A DNA stretch of 64,000 nucleotides from Somniosus microcephalus (lineage: Eukaryota), in assembly GCA_052327205.1 (NCBI GenBank), contig CM126220.1:29698001-29762000 (forward strand), in the 5' to 3' direction. The position numbers were made by a program, and so were the translations under genes. Below, piece by piece: positions 12,333 to 25,225 of this stretch. The notes beneath the pieces were generated by a model. It ran no database searches, was not told the DNA's origin, and worked only from the letters and a program-made list of their open reading frames with translations. The first letter of the stretch is position 1. Every line of letters begins with the position of its first letter.

Positions 12333-13249
12333 TGAGAGCTTTTTGATTGGTTCCTGGAAAATAAATAATTTTTGTTTCTCTTTTGACTGCCTCTGTATAA
12401 ACCAATCTTTACGTAACCAATGATTGTTTCAAGTTCTCTGTATTAACAAAAGTACAGGTTACTGTACCAACCCACTCCTCCCTATCTGTCTGTCTTTCTC
12501 TGTCACTAATGCAGCGTGTCTCTGAAGTCAAAAATAATATGGACCTGATAGTTTTTTTTCAGAAACATCACTTCAAAAATCTTTGATTACATTGGCTATC
12601 ATATTTGGGTTGGTTTGCTGGCATATTTATGTGGTGTACTTTGTATGGATTTGCTGGTGTATGTTGGATGGGTTTTTGGGTGTATTTTGTGTCACTTTGC
12701 TGGTACATATTGGGAGCGTTTGCTGGTGTGTATTGGGTGGATATGCTGGTGTGTATTAGTTGGTTGGTTGGTGCACATTAAATGAGTTTTCTAGTGCATT
12801 TTGTGTCACGGTGCTGGTGCATATTACAAAGTTAGAGGAGGAAGAAAATAACAAGCTTTCCCATTTTTTAATTTAATTTAGTCAAAAATGTTATGTATAG
12901 TGCACAATTTGCATTAAGTGTGAGAAGTGGATGCATATTGAACTTTTCTCTCGCATTCCTGCCCCTCAATTTGTATACTAAACCAACGTTAGATTCCAAA
13001 GTTATAGTGAGTAGAATACGAGAACAGATAGGGGACTTTTCTTAAATCTCTAAAGCCCCAGTAATTCATTATTAGATTGTATCTCGCATGCACCAAGGAA
13101 AAGAAAGGGGGAGGGAGGTGAAAGGTAATTGCTTTTTATTTTAATCATGAAACAAATGGACTCAATACTTGGCTACAGCACGTCTTGAATAGTTAAGGAG
13201 CTCACACACACAGGTGATATTAGACTTCACACAAGATGGTAGTGCAATT

Positions 13250-13535
13250 TGCTTCTCTTAACCCTCGCCTGTTAGCTCATGTTGGGCTACAGTACCACCA
13301 GTGCTCCTGTATGTCTTCCAAATAGCCATTCTTCAAATGTGATCATGGACAGCGAGTATTGCAGGGCAGAGACCATCACAGCTGAATCTGTCTTCATTTG
13401 ACATCTTTTTGTAGCACCCTACTGCTGCCCCAACTAAAACTAGCTAACTTTATAATAATATAAGTGATTGAACCTGGCACCTTCCTGAGCTGCATTATTT
13501 AAGTACCACACTGAACAGATTTACCAACTGAGCTA
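13250..13535 (-). mobile_element. AmnSINE2-like SINE, decayed
   Basis: CAAATAGCCATTCTTCA..TGTGA.. and GTAGCACCCTACTGCTGCCCC..AGCTAACT match the reverse complement of the recurring SINE. Confidence 0.55.
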
Positions 13536-13549
13536 TCAAGTGAGATTTT

Positions 13550-14286
13550 GGGCTGGATTTTCTCAGTGGAGACGAGTTGAAGGCTGGACTGCTGCTTGTT
13601 GTGTCAATGTCCCGCCTCCATCATCGTCTGACCAACCAGAGGGATTTTCCCCTGATTGACCTTGTTAAGCCCTCCCTGCAGGCTCAGCAGGCCAATTAGG
13701 GAGAAAGTCACTGACAGAGCATGTCAACGCCAGACATGCTATCTGTCAAGACTTCTTGAAAGAAGAAATGTCAGCATTTGACAGCTCTGTGAAGCTGTCA
13801 AACACTGACATTCTCTGTAGTTTGATGAGTCCTTGTGTTCAGGACTCATCAAACCTTTCAACTTTGTTGATTTCAGATGGCTGTTGGTTTGGAGGATCCA
13901 ACAGCCAGTCTGTGAAATCTACAAGGAGGATGTCGGGTCTCCCGATCCAGGGTGGATGAAGGCTGTAGGAAGAAAACATGGTAAGTGCACATTTTTTAAC
14001 ACTTATCAATCACTGTACATACTTACCACTCCACACTTGCACCCATCACTCACCTCTACATCTTACTTCCAGGTGCCTCTGACCCCCGCAGACCTCCTTC
14101 ACGTCTCCTCCAACCCATGAACAAAAATGTTCTCCGAGGTCGGGAAGCCTTCACCTGTGAAGGTAAAATGGCCCCAATCCTTTTTCTGCCTGTTAACTAC
14201 GTATTGCCATCCGCCCCCACTTTCTGCTACTTTACTGGCAGTCCCGCCTCCATGCCCGCCTCCTTGGGGCTGAGAAAATCCAGCCC
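13550..14286. mobile_element. Non-autonomous DNA transposon (Harbinger-like)
   Basis: Perfect 17-bp TIRs GGGCTGGATTTTCTCAG / CTGAGAAAATCCAGCCC. No TSD is evident. Confidence 0.75.
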
Positions 14287-14409
14287 ACAGAGTCCATTTG
14301 TTCTCAGCCTGGCAATACTCACTGTCCATGATGACACTTGAAGAATGGCTATTCTATTCTGTGGTGTGTGATGTCACCAACCAATAGTTGCTATTCTTTA
14401 AAATGATAC

Positions 14410-14740
14410 AGCACAGAAGGAGGCCATTCGGCCCTTCGAGCCTGCTCCGCCATTCAACGAGATCATGGCTGATCATCCAAACCCTAGCACCCGGTCCCTA
14501 CACCGACAGCCATCCCACCCAAGCCCTATCCCCGTAACCCCGTAACCCCACGTATTTAATCCCCCCTAACACTAAGAGTCAATTTTTTATCATGGCCAAT
14601 CAACCTAACCCGCACATCTTTGGACTGTGGGAGGAAACCGGAGCACCCGGAGAAAACCCACGCAAACACGGGGAGAATGTGCAAACTCCACACAGACAGT
14701 CACCCGAGGCCGGATTTGAACCCGGGTCCCTGGCGCTGTG
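14410..14740 (-). mobile_element. HE1-type V-SINE
   Basis: The minus strand has a B-box GGTTCAAATCC, the V-domain TGTGTGGAGTTTGCACATTCTCCCCGTG..GGGTGCTCCGGTTTCCTCCCACAGTCCAAAGA, and a CR1-derived 3' tail. Confidence 0.85.
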
Positions 14741-16050
14741 ACTTTTGAAAGTTATTATTGAATCTGCTTCCACCACCCTTTCAGTCAGTGCATTCCAGAT
14801 CATAACAACTCACTTTGTAATAAAAAATGTCCTCATGTCGCCTCTGGTTCTTTTGCCAATTACCTTAAATCTGTGTCCTCTGGTTACCGACCCTTCTGCC
14901 ACTGGAAACAGTTTCTCCTTATTTACTCGAACAAAACCTTTCATGATTTTGAACATCCCTATCAAACCTCCTCTTAACCTTCTCTGGTCAAAGGAGAACA
15001 ACCCCAGTTTCTCGGGTCTCTCCATGTAACTGAAGTCTCTCATTCCCTCATCGAGTAATGCGAGGTTATCCACTTTGGTGGCAAAAACAGGAAGGCAGAT
15101 TATTATCTGAATGGCAATAGATTGGGAGAAGGGGAAGTGCAACGAGACCTGGGTGTCCTTGTGCACCAGTCGCTGAAGGTAAGCATGCAGGTGCAGCAGG
15201 CGGTTAAGAAGGCAAATGGCATGTTGGCCTTCGTAGCGAGAGGGTTTGAGTACAGGAACAAGGATGTCTTGCTGCAGTTGTACAGGGCCTTGGTGAGACC
15301 ACACCTTGAGTATTGTGTGCAGTTTTGGTCACCTTATCTGAGGAAGGATGTTCTTGCCATGGAAGGAGTTCAGCGAAGATTCACCAGGCTGATACCTGGG
15401 ATGGCAGGAATTACGTATGAGGAGAGATTGGGTCGATTGGGCTTATACTCGCTGGAGTTTAGAAGAATTAGAGGGGATCTCATTGAAACTTATAAAATTC
15501 TGACAGGACTGGACAGACTAGATGCAGGAAGGATGTTCCCGATGGTCGGGGAGTCCAGAACCAGGGGTCACAGTCTAAGGATAAGTGGTAGGCCATTTAG
15601 GATAGAGATGAGGAGGAATTTCTTCACCCAGAGAGTGGTGAGCCTGTGGAATTCTCTACCACAGAAGACAGTTGAGGCCAATACATTAAATATATTCAAG
15701 AAGGAGTTAGATATATTTCTTAAGGCTAAAGGGATCAAGGGATATGGGGAGAAAGCAGAGACAGGGTACTGAATTTGGATGATCAGCCATGATCGCATTG
15801 AATGGTGGAGCAGGCTCGAGGGGCCGAATGGCCTACTCCTGCTCCTATCTTCTATGTTTCTATGTTAAATCTCCTCTGCACCCTCTCTAAGACCTTGACG
15901 TCCTTCCTAAAGTGCGGTGCCCAGAATTGGCCACAATACTCCAGCTGGGACCGAACCAGTGTTTTATAAAGGTTTCACATAACTTCCTTGCTTTTGTACC
16001 CTGTGCCTCTATTTATAAAGCCAAGGATCCTGTAGGCCTTTTTAACAGCC
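14741..16050 (-). mobile_element. Older CR1 fragment, split by a younger CR1 insertion
   Basis: 14741-15045 encodes KLGLFSFDQRRLRGGLIG..KLFPVAEGSVTRGHRFKV. The same element continues at 15866-16050. Confidence 0.8.
15050..15865 (+). mobile_element. Young CR1 LINE 3' fragment
   Basis: Uninterrupted 216-aa ORF2 C-terminus (QRDLGVLV..LYRALVRPHLEYCVQFWSP..) with intact 3' UTR and TTCTATGT tail. Confidence 0.95.
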
Positions 16051-16949
16051 TTTGCTCACTGTTGTCATTCACTGAAAAATCTGCCACTGGGTAATAAACA
16101 AAATTACTTTCTGTTTCCTCAGCCTTCCATGGTGTGGTACAAATATATAATGGATCCAATTCAATATAACACCCTGAACTGTCAAATCTTCATCTTATCA
16201 TGGTACCGGCCCCACTGCTAACCACAGACAATCCTGCTGACCTCAGTGAAACAGTCGGGAGAGTGCTGTGATAATAAGGTTAGTTAGAATTAGATGGGAC
16301 TCTTATTATTTTTTGATTTTTACACAGTTTAGATTTTGCAATACTCTGCTGCAGGTGTCACTGGCTCTTGTTTTACCTTCAACCAAGTTGGTTAAAGAGG
16401 GCAGAGGTGCTCCCTGGAACAACGTGGTGAGCAGTTGAGTAGTGCAGGCAAAATCATGTTTTGTAAATGTCAAATATATAGTAACAATCACAGCAATTCT
16501 GGTGTAATTGTATGGCCTTCTTGTTTGTTCAGCAGAGTAAAGCTACATTCTATATAACTATATATATATCGGACCTGAGCCATTCTATACTTTTCCATAT
16601 TTTCCCCCTCTTTTCCATTTCTCGCTATCCCTCTCTGACCGCTCTCTCCTGTCGTCATGCCTCCTTTCATCTCTCCTCTCTCGGATACTCTGCCCTTCCA
16701 AATCCCTACCCCAATCCTTCATTACTCTTCGACCTTCCTACTCTCCTGCCGCCATCCCAGGCTTGACTCCCTCCTAGATAAGCCTGCAGCTTCCCTCTGT
16801 GCCTCTACTGGCATCCTACGAAGGGCCCATTGAGGCACTCGTCACTGCTGCCTTACGAGCAGCAACCCCAATTGTCCCATCCTACTCTCTCACCGACCTA
16901 CTCGCCCAGCGCACCCACTGAGGGCAAATCTTGCCAATCTCCTCCCCAT

Positions 16950-17760
16950 CTAACTCCCCCCCTCCCCCCAGCGCTGACCCTTTGGATGCTGGCAGTGGGG
17001 CAGCCATCACCGACCCTCTCCGCATCTCCCGCTAGAATGTCGTCACTTGTGAACAAGGCCCTTGCCATCCGGGAGCTTACCGTGGATGATTGCATCGACA
17101 TCATGGCCCTGACGGAAACTTGGTTGGGGGGTGATGACACCTTACCCTTAAATGAGCGTCCCTGCCTGGCTATACCTTCCACCACTTGCCCTGCTCAGAC
17201 CGCTGTGGTGACAGTGTGGCTCTCATCACCCAGTTACACCTTGGTCTGTCGCCTTACCCCTCCGGCACTTTCTCCTCCTTTGAGCATCTCACCTTATTCC
17301 ACCCCTCTCACCTCCCATTTAAAATTCTTGTTCTCTACCGCCCACCCAAGTACCATAAAAATTTTATTACTGAGATATCTTCACTGATCTCTCCCTCAGC
17401 CTCTGCACTGAATGACTTCTCATCCTCAGTGATTTCAACCTCCATCTCAATGCATCTGAGTTCACTAGCCTCCTATCCACCTTTAATCTCTCCCTCCATG
17501 TAAAATCCCCAACCCATATTCACGGCCACCACCTCGACCTTGCCATCTCCCTTGGCCTCTCTACTCTCATCGTGTCAATCGCAGATAAGGCCATCTCTGA
17601 CCACTTCCTTGTATTGCTACCCACACCCCCCCCCCCACCGCCCACCACCCCCCCCCAACCGTACTTCCTCCTGTGTCCGCCCCTGGAAAAAACTCTCTCC
17701 CAACTCTCTTACAACTGCACTTATGAAATCAGAACTGTCCAGCCTTTGACCCTCCATTCA
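16950..17760 (+). mobile_element. L2-type LINE APE-endonuclease fragment (frameshifted)
   Basis: SLVNKALAIRELTVDDCIDIMALTETWL, ILVLYRPPK and AISDHFLV motifs. Confidence 0.85.
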
Positions 17761-17761
17761 C

Positions 17762-18725
17762 CATTTATTTATATAGCGCCTTTAACGTAGTAAAACGTCC
17801 CATGGCGCTTCACAGGAGTATTAAAAGACAAAAAAAAATGGACACTGAGCCACATAAGGGTAAATTAGGGCAGGTGACCAAAAGCTTGGTCAAAGAGGTA
17901 GGTTTTAAGGAGCGTCTTAAAGGAGGAAAGAGAGGTAGCGAGGCGGAGAGGTTTAGGCAGGGAGCGCAGATATCTCGGGGGGTTGAGGGGCTGAAGAAGA
18001 TTACAGAGATAGGGAGGGGCGAGGCCATGGAGGGATTTGAAAACAAGGATGAGAATTTTGAAATCAAGGCGTTGCTTAACCAGGAGCCAATGTAGGTCAG
18101 CGAGCACAGGGGTGATAGATGAACGGTACTTGGTGCGAGTTAGGACACGAGCAGCCGAGTTTGGATGACCTCAGGTTTACGTAGGGGAGGCCAGCCAGGA
18201 GTGCATTGGAATAGTCAAGTCCAGAGGTAACAAAGGCATGGATGAGGGTTTCAGCAGTGGATGAGCTGAGGCAAGGGTGGAGAAGGGCGATGTTACGGAG
18301 GTGGAAATAGGCATTCTTAGTTATACTGCAGATATCTGGTTGGAAGCTCATTTCAGGGTCAAATATGACACCAAGCTTGCGAACAGTGTGGTTCAGCCTC
18401 AGACAGATGTTAGGGAGAGGGATGGGAGTCAATGGCTAGGGAACGGAGTTTGTGGCAGGGACCGAAAACAATGGCTTCGGTCTTCCCAATATTTAATTGA
18501 AAAAAATTTCTGCTCATCCAGAACTGGATGTCAGACAAGCAGTCTGACAATTTAGAGACCGTGGAGGGGTTGAGAGAAGAGGTAGTGAGGTAGAGCTGGA
18601 TGTCACCAGCCTACATGTGGAAACTGACGCTGTGTTTTCAGATGATGTCACCAAGGGGCAACATGTAGATGAGAAATAGGAGGGGGCCAAGGATAGATCC
18701 TTGGGGGACTCCAGAGGTAACGAGG
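17762..18725 (-). mobile_element. L2-type LINE RT/C-terminal 3' fragment
   Basis: VRKLGVIFDPEMSF..AETLIHAFVTSGLDYSNALLAG and LHWLLVKQRLDFKILILVFKSLHGLAPPYL..FKTLLKTYLF, with L2 tail GGCGCTATATAAAT. Confidence 0.92.
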
Positions 18726-18729
18726 TAAG

Positions 18730-18930
18730 GTAATTCAGCAAGATAAGGCTTACTCACTATGTAACTGTGTAGAGTTCTGGTTTATTCAGCAAGGTAAGGG
18801 TTACTCACTATGTAACAGTGTAAAGTTCTGATTTATTCAGTACGTTAAGGGTTGTTCATTGTATAACTGTACTGGGTTTTTTCTTCAGCAAGATAAGATC
18901 TACTCACTGTGTAACTGTAATGATTTCCTA
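18730..18930. repeat. ~51-bp degenerate tandem repeat, about 4 copies
   Basis: ATTCAGCAAG(A/G)TAAGG..TACTCACTATGTAACTGTGTA recurs at 18733, 18784 and beyond. Confidence 0.7.
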
Positions 18931-19716
18931 TTCATTAAGCAAAGCAAATTTGTGTGTAAGATTAACTGAATTGGTAGCAATTCTCGCCGGGAATTTCCTG
19001 GGGGTTCTACCAATTGACTACTCACTATGTAACTGTGTAGAGTGGAGTGTCGACAGAACCCTGTTTTCACAGTTTAGTGCGGGTTTTGGTCAAACTTCTG
19101 CTGAAGAACAGACAGTGTGGTTTGTTCAGCTAAAGATATGACAGATAATTATATTTGAGTTTTGAGTGTCAGTTACGAAAATCCAAACAAGCCATGACAA
19201 GTGGTGAAAGGATATATAAATGGCAGGATCTGTTTTACAAGCTGAGTTCATCGAAGATAATTGAACTGATTGGAATCTTCACAGGAAAAGATGTGTCTGA
19301 TTACAGGAAAGAAAAGTACTAGGTATACAGAAAAGTTAAGAAGAATAGTTTAGAATTAGATAGCGACTCTTATTTGAGGAGTTAGTTAATAGACTTCCTA
19401 CTGTAAACAGATAATTGTTATATATCATTATTGGATTATTTGCTAGTTCATTTATTTAACAAATTTGCACAATAATTTAAACTAAAAAAAAAGCCTGATG
19501 TGATGCTCTACCACTTTCAAAGACTGGGGAGAGACCTATGGAGGCATTGGATAAATTCCAGCAGCTTAAAAATAATGAAGCTATAACTCCACTTTCTTGG
19601 CTGTTTCCAGATTCACTATAACTCGTCTCTGTAAATGGTTGGCTTTTACCAAGTCCAAAACAGGATTGAGCCCTGATGCTTTGTTGATGAAAGTTCTTTG
19701 AAAAATCTTAATTAAT

Positions 19717-19895
19717 GGGCGGAACTTTCAACTTCTGTGATGGCATAAAAATTGTGATAGCGGTTTTGCCACCCACCCAGCCTAAATTTTCTTTCTTTTG
19801 CCTTCAATGGAAAGCAAAACTGGTTGGGGTGTATAATGGGCAACTGGTTCACTGCCGCCTATTTTATGCCCTCACCAAAGTTGAAAGTTCTGCCC
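19717..19895. mobile_element. Harbinger-type MITE
   Basis: TIRs GGGCGGAACTTTCAACT / AGTTGAAAGTTCTGCCC, extended imperfect inverted repeat, and exact AAT TSD. Confidence 0.85.
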
Positions 19896-20959
19896 AATGT
19901 GTCTATTCAGTAGAAGTGGAAAATTATGGATCTATATTTTAAAAACCACATTGTGTGGTATCTAGTTTTCATTTAGGTATTTTCGGACAGTCCATTCAGA
20001 AATCATGCTGTCTTAGCTATAATCAATGGGTTGCCATAACCAGCCCATAATTGGATGCGTCCTGCTCAAGATGGGCCATTGGCATAGTTGTTTATCACAC
20101 CACCACATTGTTCTGTGGAGCTGTTGGGCGCATCTTCATGTTTGAAATTCCTCCTGCAGGAATTCCAGTCAAGTCATGAGGAGAGACAGTTAGAGCATGA
20201 AGGAGAAGATAGATAGTGGGGAAAGTCAAAGGATAGCAGAGAATAAGTCAACGGGGGTGAGAACATGGGGGCAAGGAGGGCAGAGATTTGTTCACATCAA
20301 TGTCCTGGCAGACAGCATTGGCAGAGCCTGGCAATGATGGTGGTCAGATCAGGAAATCACACGTGGGCTGCAAAGATAGAAAACTGCATATGGCATGCAA
20401 AGTTGCAACAAGCGGATGTGCACAGTAAACCATCTATTTCATTTAGCCTTATATACCAAACTATGATACCAACAGACAAAGCAATTGTCAAAATAGTTTC
20501 CTCCATTATCGGTGTTTTAACATCTATACCTAAGGCATGTTCATTAAATAACATTTAAATCAATTAACATTTTGAATTCCAGCTCTTTGTTCATATCTTC
20601 AGGGATTTTTTAAGTTAACAAAGGAGGTTTTGTTGTTAGCCAAGGTCTCAGCCACGCATTTTAAATGAGGTGGAAACCTGATCGTCTGAGGTCGCCTCTC
20701 ATGCACATGAACTGTCTGCAACACACGTTAAAAGAACAGTTTTGTCCAGAGCTGGGCCAGTGATCACATGATACTTAAACAGCATTCATTATAAATGACA
20801 GAGCAGAGTTAATGGGATCCATTACCACATATAAAGAGGCTGCTAGCTTTTTATTAGGAGTTGATATGTCAGAACTATACAGTTTAAATTTTAAATATAA
20901 GAAAACAGAGAAAGAAGAGCCAGTTCCCTTGATGGTTTAATGCAATGAGAAATTGACCT

Positions 20960-21120
20960 ATATAGCCCAGAAGGGATCCAGGTTTAACTCACTGTCTGTG
21001 CTGAGCTAACGGTCACCAGCCAGGACAGCAGTAGGAGCTACGATTGACCTCAGTGTCCCTTGGCTAGGGAAAGGGAAAAAAATATCCAAGGTTCTTGCTC
21101 CTGATTGTGACATACAGGGA
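20960..21120 (+). mobile_element. AmnSINE2-like SINE fragment
   Basis: GTCTGTGCTGAGCTA..CAGCCAGGACAGCAGTAGGAGCTACGATTGACCTCAGTG..GGCTAGGGA. Confidence 0.6.
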
Positions 21121-21762
21121 TTTTTATGTCAGTACTTCATGCACTTTTTTTAAAGAATTAAAATGAAAGATGTACTTTTTCACCCATATTCAATATGGAG
21201 GACCACCGATGCTTTGTCTGTGGAAATGCATCGAGTGGCTTTATTGAGAAACCAATTAAGTCAAAGTTGTTCTGGTAGCTGGAACAGTTTATTTGAAATG
21301 TTAATGTATGCAGATTGACAGACAATGGAGTAGAACAACTCTATTCATTTAGAATACTGAGCTATTAGGGTAATCCATTATAGAGGCAAAATTCCATCTA
21401 GGGGCATTGTATATAGAAGATGGCAAATATCCAGACATTAATACTTTATCTCGCAACATTTAAGATTTGTTAAACTCCCAGTTTGTTTGTTTACTTGCGA
21501 ACAAATGGCTGAAACATAAAGAAGTCCATTGGCACAAGTCAGACCTCAGGCTTTAGTTCTGTTAAAGACATTGAACTACATGGGTGAACTGGAATTCATG
21601 TCACCTATGTACAACATCTCATCCTGAACATGTACGAAGAGGCTGACCCCTAATTGTTTCATCCAAAAGACCAGATACTTGTCAAATCCTGTAAGAAACC
21701 CCTTTTTATAAATTGGGTATTAAGCCCTTGTGGTCTGATTCTAGTTTCATTGCTTTTTAAGT

Positions 21763-22015
21763 CTTCTTCTTCTTCTTCTTAGGCAGTCCCTCAGAACCAA
21801 GGATGACTTGCTTCCACATTAAAAATGAGTTCTCAGGTGACTGGTGAGTCCAATGCGGGACCTACAGTCTCTGTCACAGGTGGGGCAGACGGTGGTTGAA
21901 GGGGCGGGTGGGTGGGGTGCTTGGGTTGACGTGTGCTCCTTGCGCTGCCTGCGCTTGGCTTCCACTTGCTCCCGGCGAAGAGACTCAAGGTGTTCGGCAC
22001 CTTCCCGGATGCTTC
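21763..22015 (-). mobile_element. RTE-clade LINE 3' end
   Basis: C-terminal zinc-finger-like CPTCDRDCRSRIGLTSHLRTH, then a short 3' UTR ending GGGACTGCCT(AAG)n. Confidence 0.8.
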
Positions 22016-22631
22016 TCAATACTTTTTATCTTGCAGTGTTTTTTTGCTTCCAGTTAACCATTAAATAAATCTGACAAAAGTGGTTTTATCCTGAATGCAT
22101 TGGTATGATGATATTTTCTACTTCTGAAAAGGATGGGAGAACTTGGTGGACCTCCCATGCTTTACCCAGTGAGCAATTAGGGGTTAATTGTTGAAGCTAG
22201 ATTCGGTATTCCATAAACACCACATAAACAGACATACATTTCTGTTCCTAGGAGACCAGGTGCTGTAAATACACCATCTAGCCGTGAACACAGGACGAAA
22301 GTGTTGGGGAAAAGCCTGAATTGTGATTCTGTTTATCCTGTGACTCTTGCTGGAAATTCAGTTCAGGTGAGGGCAAGGTCAGCTGCGAGGCATCTCATGA
22401 TGGGCATCCTGCTGATGCTTGTTGTCCAGGCTCACAAATGAAGAATGATCACTTAGGCAAAGTATTGGAGGTGGCTGCCACCCATGGAATTGCAATCTGG
22501 CATGGATGTTGACTTTCAGGAAAAGAGGGAAAATAAACAAGGAAGAAAATTGTAGGAAAAAAATGGAATAACCTGGAGAGCTAGTATTCAGGCTATCTCT
22601 TGCTACCTTATATGACTTTTTATATAACGAT

Positions 22632-23101
22632 GGCATAGTGGTTGTGTTACTGGTCTAGTAATCCAGAAGCCTGGCTAATGACCCGGAGACATGATTTCAA
22701 ATCCCACCACGGCAGCTGGGGAATTTAAATTTAGTTAATTAAATAAATCTGGAATAAAAAGCTAGTATCAGTAATGGTGACCATAAAATTATTTGATTGT
22801 CGTAAAAACCCATCTGGTTCACTAATGTCATTTAGGGAAGGAAACCTGCCGTGATACCCGGTCTGCCCTATACGTGACTCCAGACCCACAGCAATGTGGG
22901 TGACTCTTAACTGCCGCTCTGAAATGGCCTAGCAAGCCTCACTTAATTGTACCAAGCTACTATGAAAAAGACCTTCACCATACGAACTGCAGTGGTTCAA
23001 GAAGATGGCTCACCTACCACCTTCTCAAGGACAATTAGGGATGGGCAATAAATGCTGGCCTTGCCAACGATGCACACATCCAATTAATTAATAAAAAAAA
23101 A
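22632..23101 (+). mobile_element. tRNA-derived SINE (common fish/shark family)
   Basis: A-box-like GGCATAGTGG, B-box-like GATTTCAAATCCC, core GGTTCACTAATGTC..TAGGGAAGGAAA..GTGACTCCAGACCCACAGCAATGTGG, and an A-rich tail. Confidence 0.75.
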
Positions 23102-23799
23102 GCTGTAACACGCTGATAGCAATATAAGGTGATAAGTGTAAGCAATATCCCATTCAGAGCCACAGTAGAGCTTACTGCCACCATTCATCTCACAATGGCC
23201 TCAAACCACTTTTATCATAATGTAAACCCAGCTGATCTCTGATTAAGATGTTGGTGTATCACTCATTGATGTGACAGTCTGTTACACAATGCTGAGCAGT
23301 ACTGTCAGTGAAAACAATTTATTTAGCGTCAGAATAGTTTAAATACATCATGATGTAAAATCAAAATGTTGCATGTTTGTAATTGGACACCGGACATTTG
23401 TGCAAGCGGGACATAGCTTGAAACTAAATGGAGAGAGACAAAGAAGATGGTGGTACAAAGCATGATTGATAAAGCAGCTTCACGGGGTAGGTCTGGGCAT
23501 AGCATCTACTTGCTTTTAACATTTCACAAAATATTATGTTGAAAATACTGAGGGAGATGACATAGTAGAGGTACTAACCATAATTTTCTATAATTCTTTG
23601 GAAACAAGTACAAGAGTTGCAAATAAAACGCCCCTGTTCATGAAAGGAGAAAGGTCTTTGCCTCAAGAGTTTTTGGATGCTACATTTTTCATTGCTGCGA
23701 CAATAATTTTGAAAATGGTCATTCCAATGGGGATTCCACTAACTTGTATTATTTGGAGGGTGACGAAGAGAATGAAAGGAAGGATATAAGGCAGATCAG

Positions 23800-24570
23800 A
23801 AGGAACTGCCTGCATCTGCCCTTACCAAACACGCAGAGGCGTACCTACTTGGAATGTCGGAAGGAACCTACCTTTCAGGCTCTGTTTCACTCATGAAATA
23901 GTGATAGAATTATGTCAAAACCTAACCTTCAGCCAACCTCCAACGCAGAGATGGCAGTGTCAATTGTGGTCACAGCCCTGAACTTTTATGCAGGTGGCTC
24001 ATTCCAAACATCAGCCAATGTCAGTCAATTTGCACCTCACCAATGTACCAAGCAGATGACCGATGCTTTATTTCACTTTCACCATGGGCAGACAGTAGCA
24101 GAATGAGAGGGGTGTGCAATTTTCTCAGGATAGCAGGATTCTCCATGGCTTAATTAATGGGATTATGTGGGGGAACCCACAGGTTTCTCAGGCAGCAATC
24201 GCGATGCCTTCATTTTAAGGCAACGCACAGTGCCAGGATTATTGGAATGTGAAGAAAGACAGCCTGGTTGGTTTCTAGGAGAGCAAGGCCACCATCTTCA
24301 GCCCTGGTTCCTGACACTATTGAGATAGCTACAAACAGCAGCTTAGTGAAGATATAATGAAGCTCATGCAGCCACCAGGATCATTACCAGATATGCTTCA
24401 GAGGCCTGGACAGATTGGAGGCACCTTACAATACAGTCCCGCTAGAGTCTCCAAGATCATCATAGTCTTTTGCATGCTCAGCAACTTTGTCATCCGAAGA
24501 AGCGTGAGAATGGAGCTGGTGGAGGAAGAAAGTACGTCTCCCAGCTGTCAAACAGAGAAAGATGAAGATG
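23800..24570 (+). pseudogene. Decayed Harbinger (HARBI1-like) transposase
   Basis: Fragments VTALNFYAGGSFQ..VSQ..HQC..TDALF and GGTLQYSPARVSKIIIVFCMLSNF plus an acidic tail, with multiple frameshifts. Confidence 0.8.
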
Positions 24571-24571
24571 A

Positions 24572-25225
24572 CGCCTACTTCCACTACCTTAACATCGCCC
24601 GACTCTGCCTCTGCCCCAGCTCATCTGCTACTGAAACCTTCATCTATTCCTTTCTTACCTCTAGACTTGTCTATTCCAACGCTCCCCTGGCTGGCCTCCC
24701 ATCTTCCACCCTCCATAAACTTGAGCTCATTCAAACCTCTGCTGCCCGGATCCAAACTCGCGCCAAGTCCTGTTCACCAAACACCCCTGTGCTCACTGAC
24801 CTACAATTGTCTCCTGGTCCAGCAACGCTTTGATTTTGAAATTCTCATCCTTGTTTTCAAATCCCTCCATGGCCTCGCCCCCTCCCTATCTCTGTAACCT
24901 ACAACCCTCCGAGATCTCTGCGCTCCTCTAATTCTGGCCTCTTGCGCATCGCGAATTTTAATCGCTCCATCATTGGTCGTGCCTTCAGCTACCGCGGCCC
25001 TAAGCTCTGGAATTACCTCCCTAAACATCTCCACTTCTCTAACTCTCTCTCCTCCTTTAAGACACTCCTTAAAACCTACGCCTTTGACCAAGCTTTTGGT
25101 CATCTGCTCTAATATCTGCTTATGTGGCTCAGTGTCAGATTTTGTTTGATAACGCTCCTGTGAAATGCCTTGGGATACAGTCTTACTAGGTTAAAGGCGT
25201 TCTATAAATTCAAGTTGTTGTTGCT
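24572..25225 (+). mobile_element. L2-type LINE 3' fragment
   Basis: AYFHYLNIARL..TETFIYSFLTSRLVYSNA.. and FEILILVFKSLHGLAP, with tail ending TATAAATTCAAGTTGTTGTTG. Confidence 0.9.

Noticed and set aside
15122-15772. 216-aa ORF as a host gene
   Set aside because: It is the C-terminus of a 5'-truncated CR1 ORF2, multi-copy within the window.
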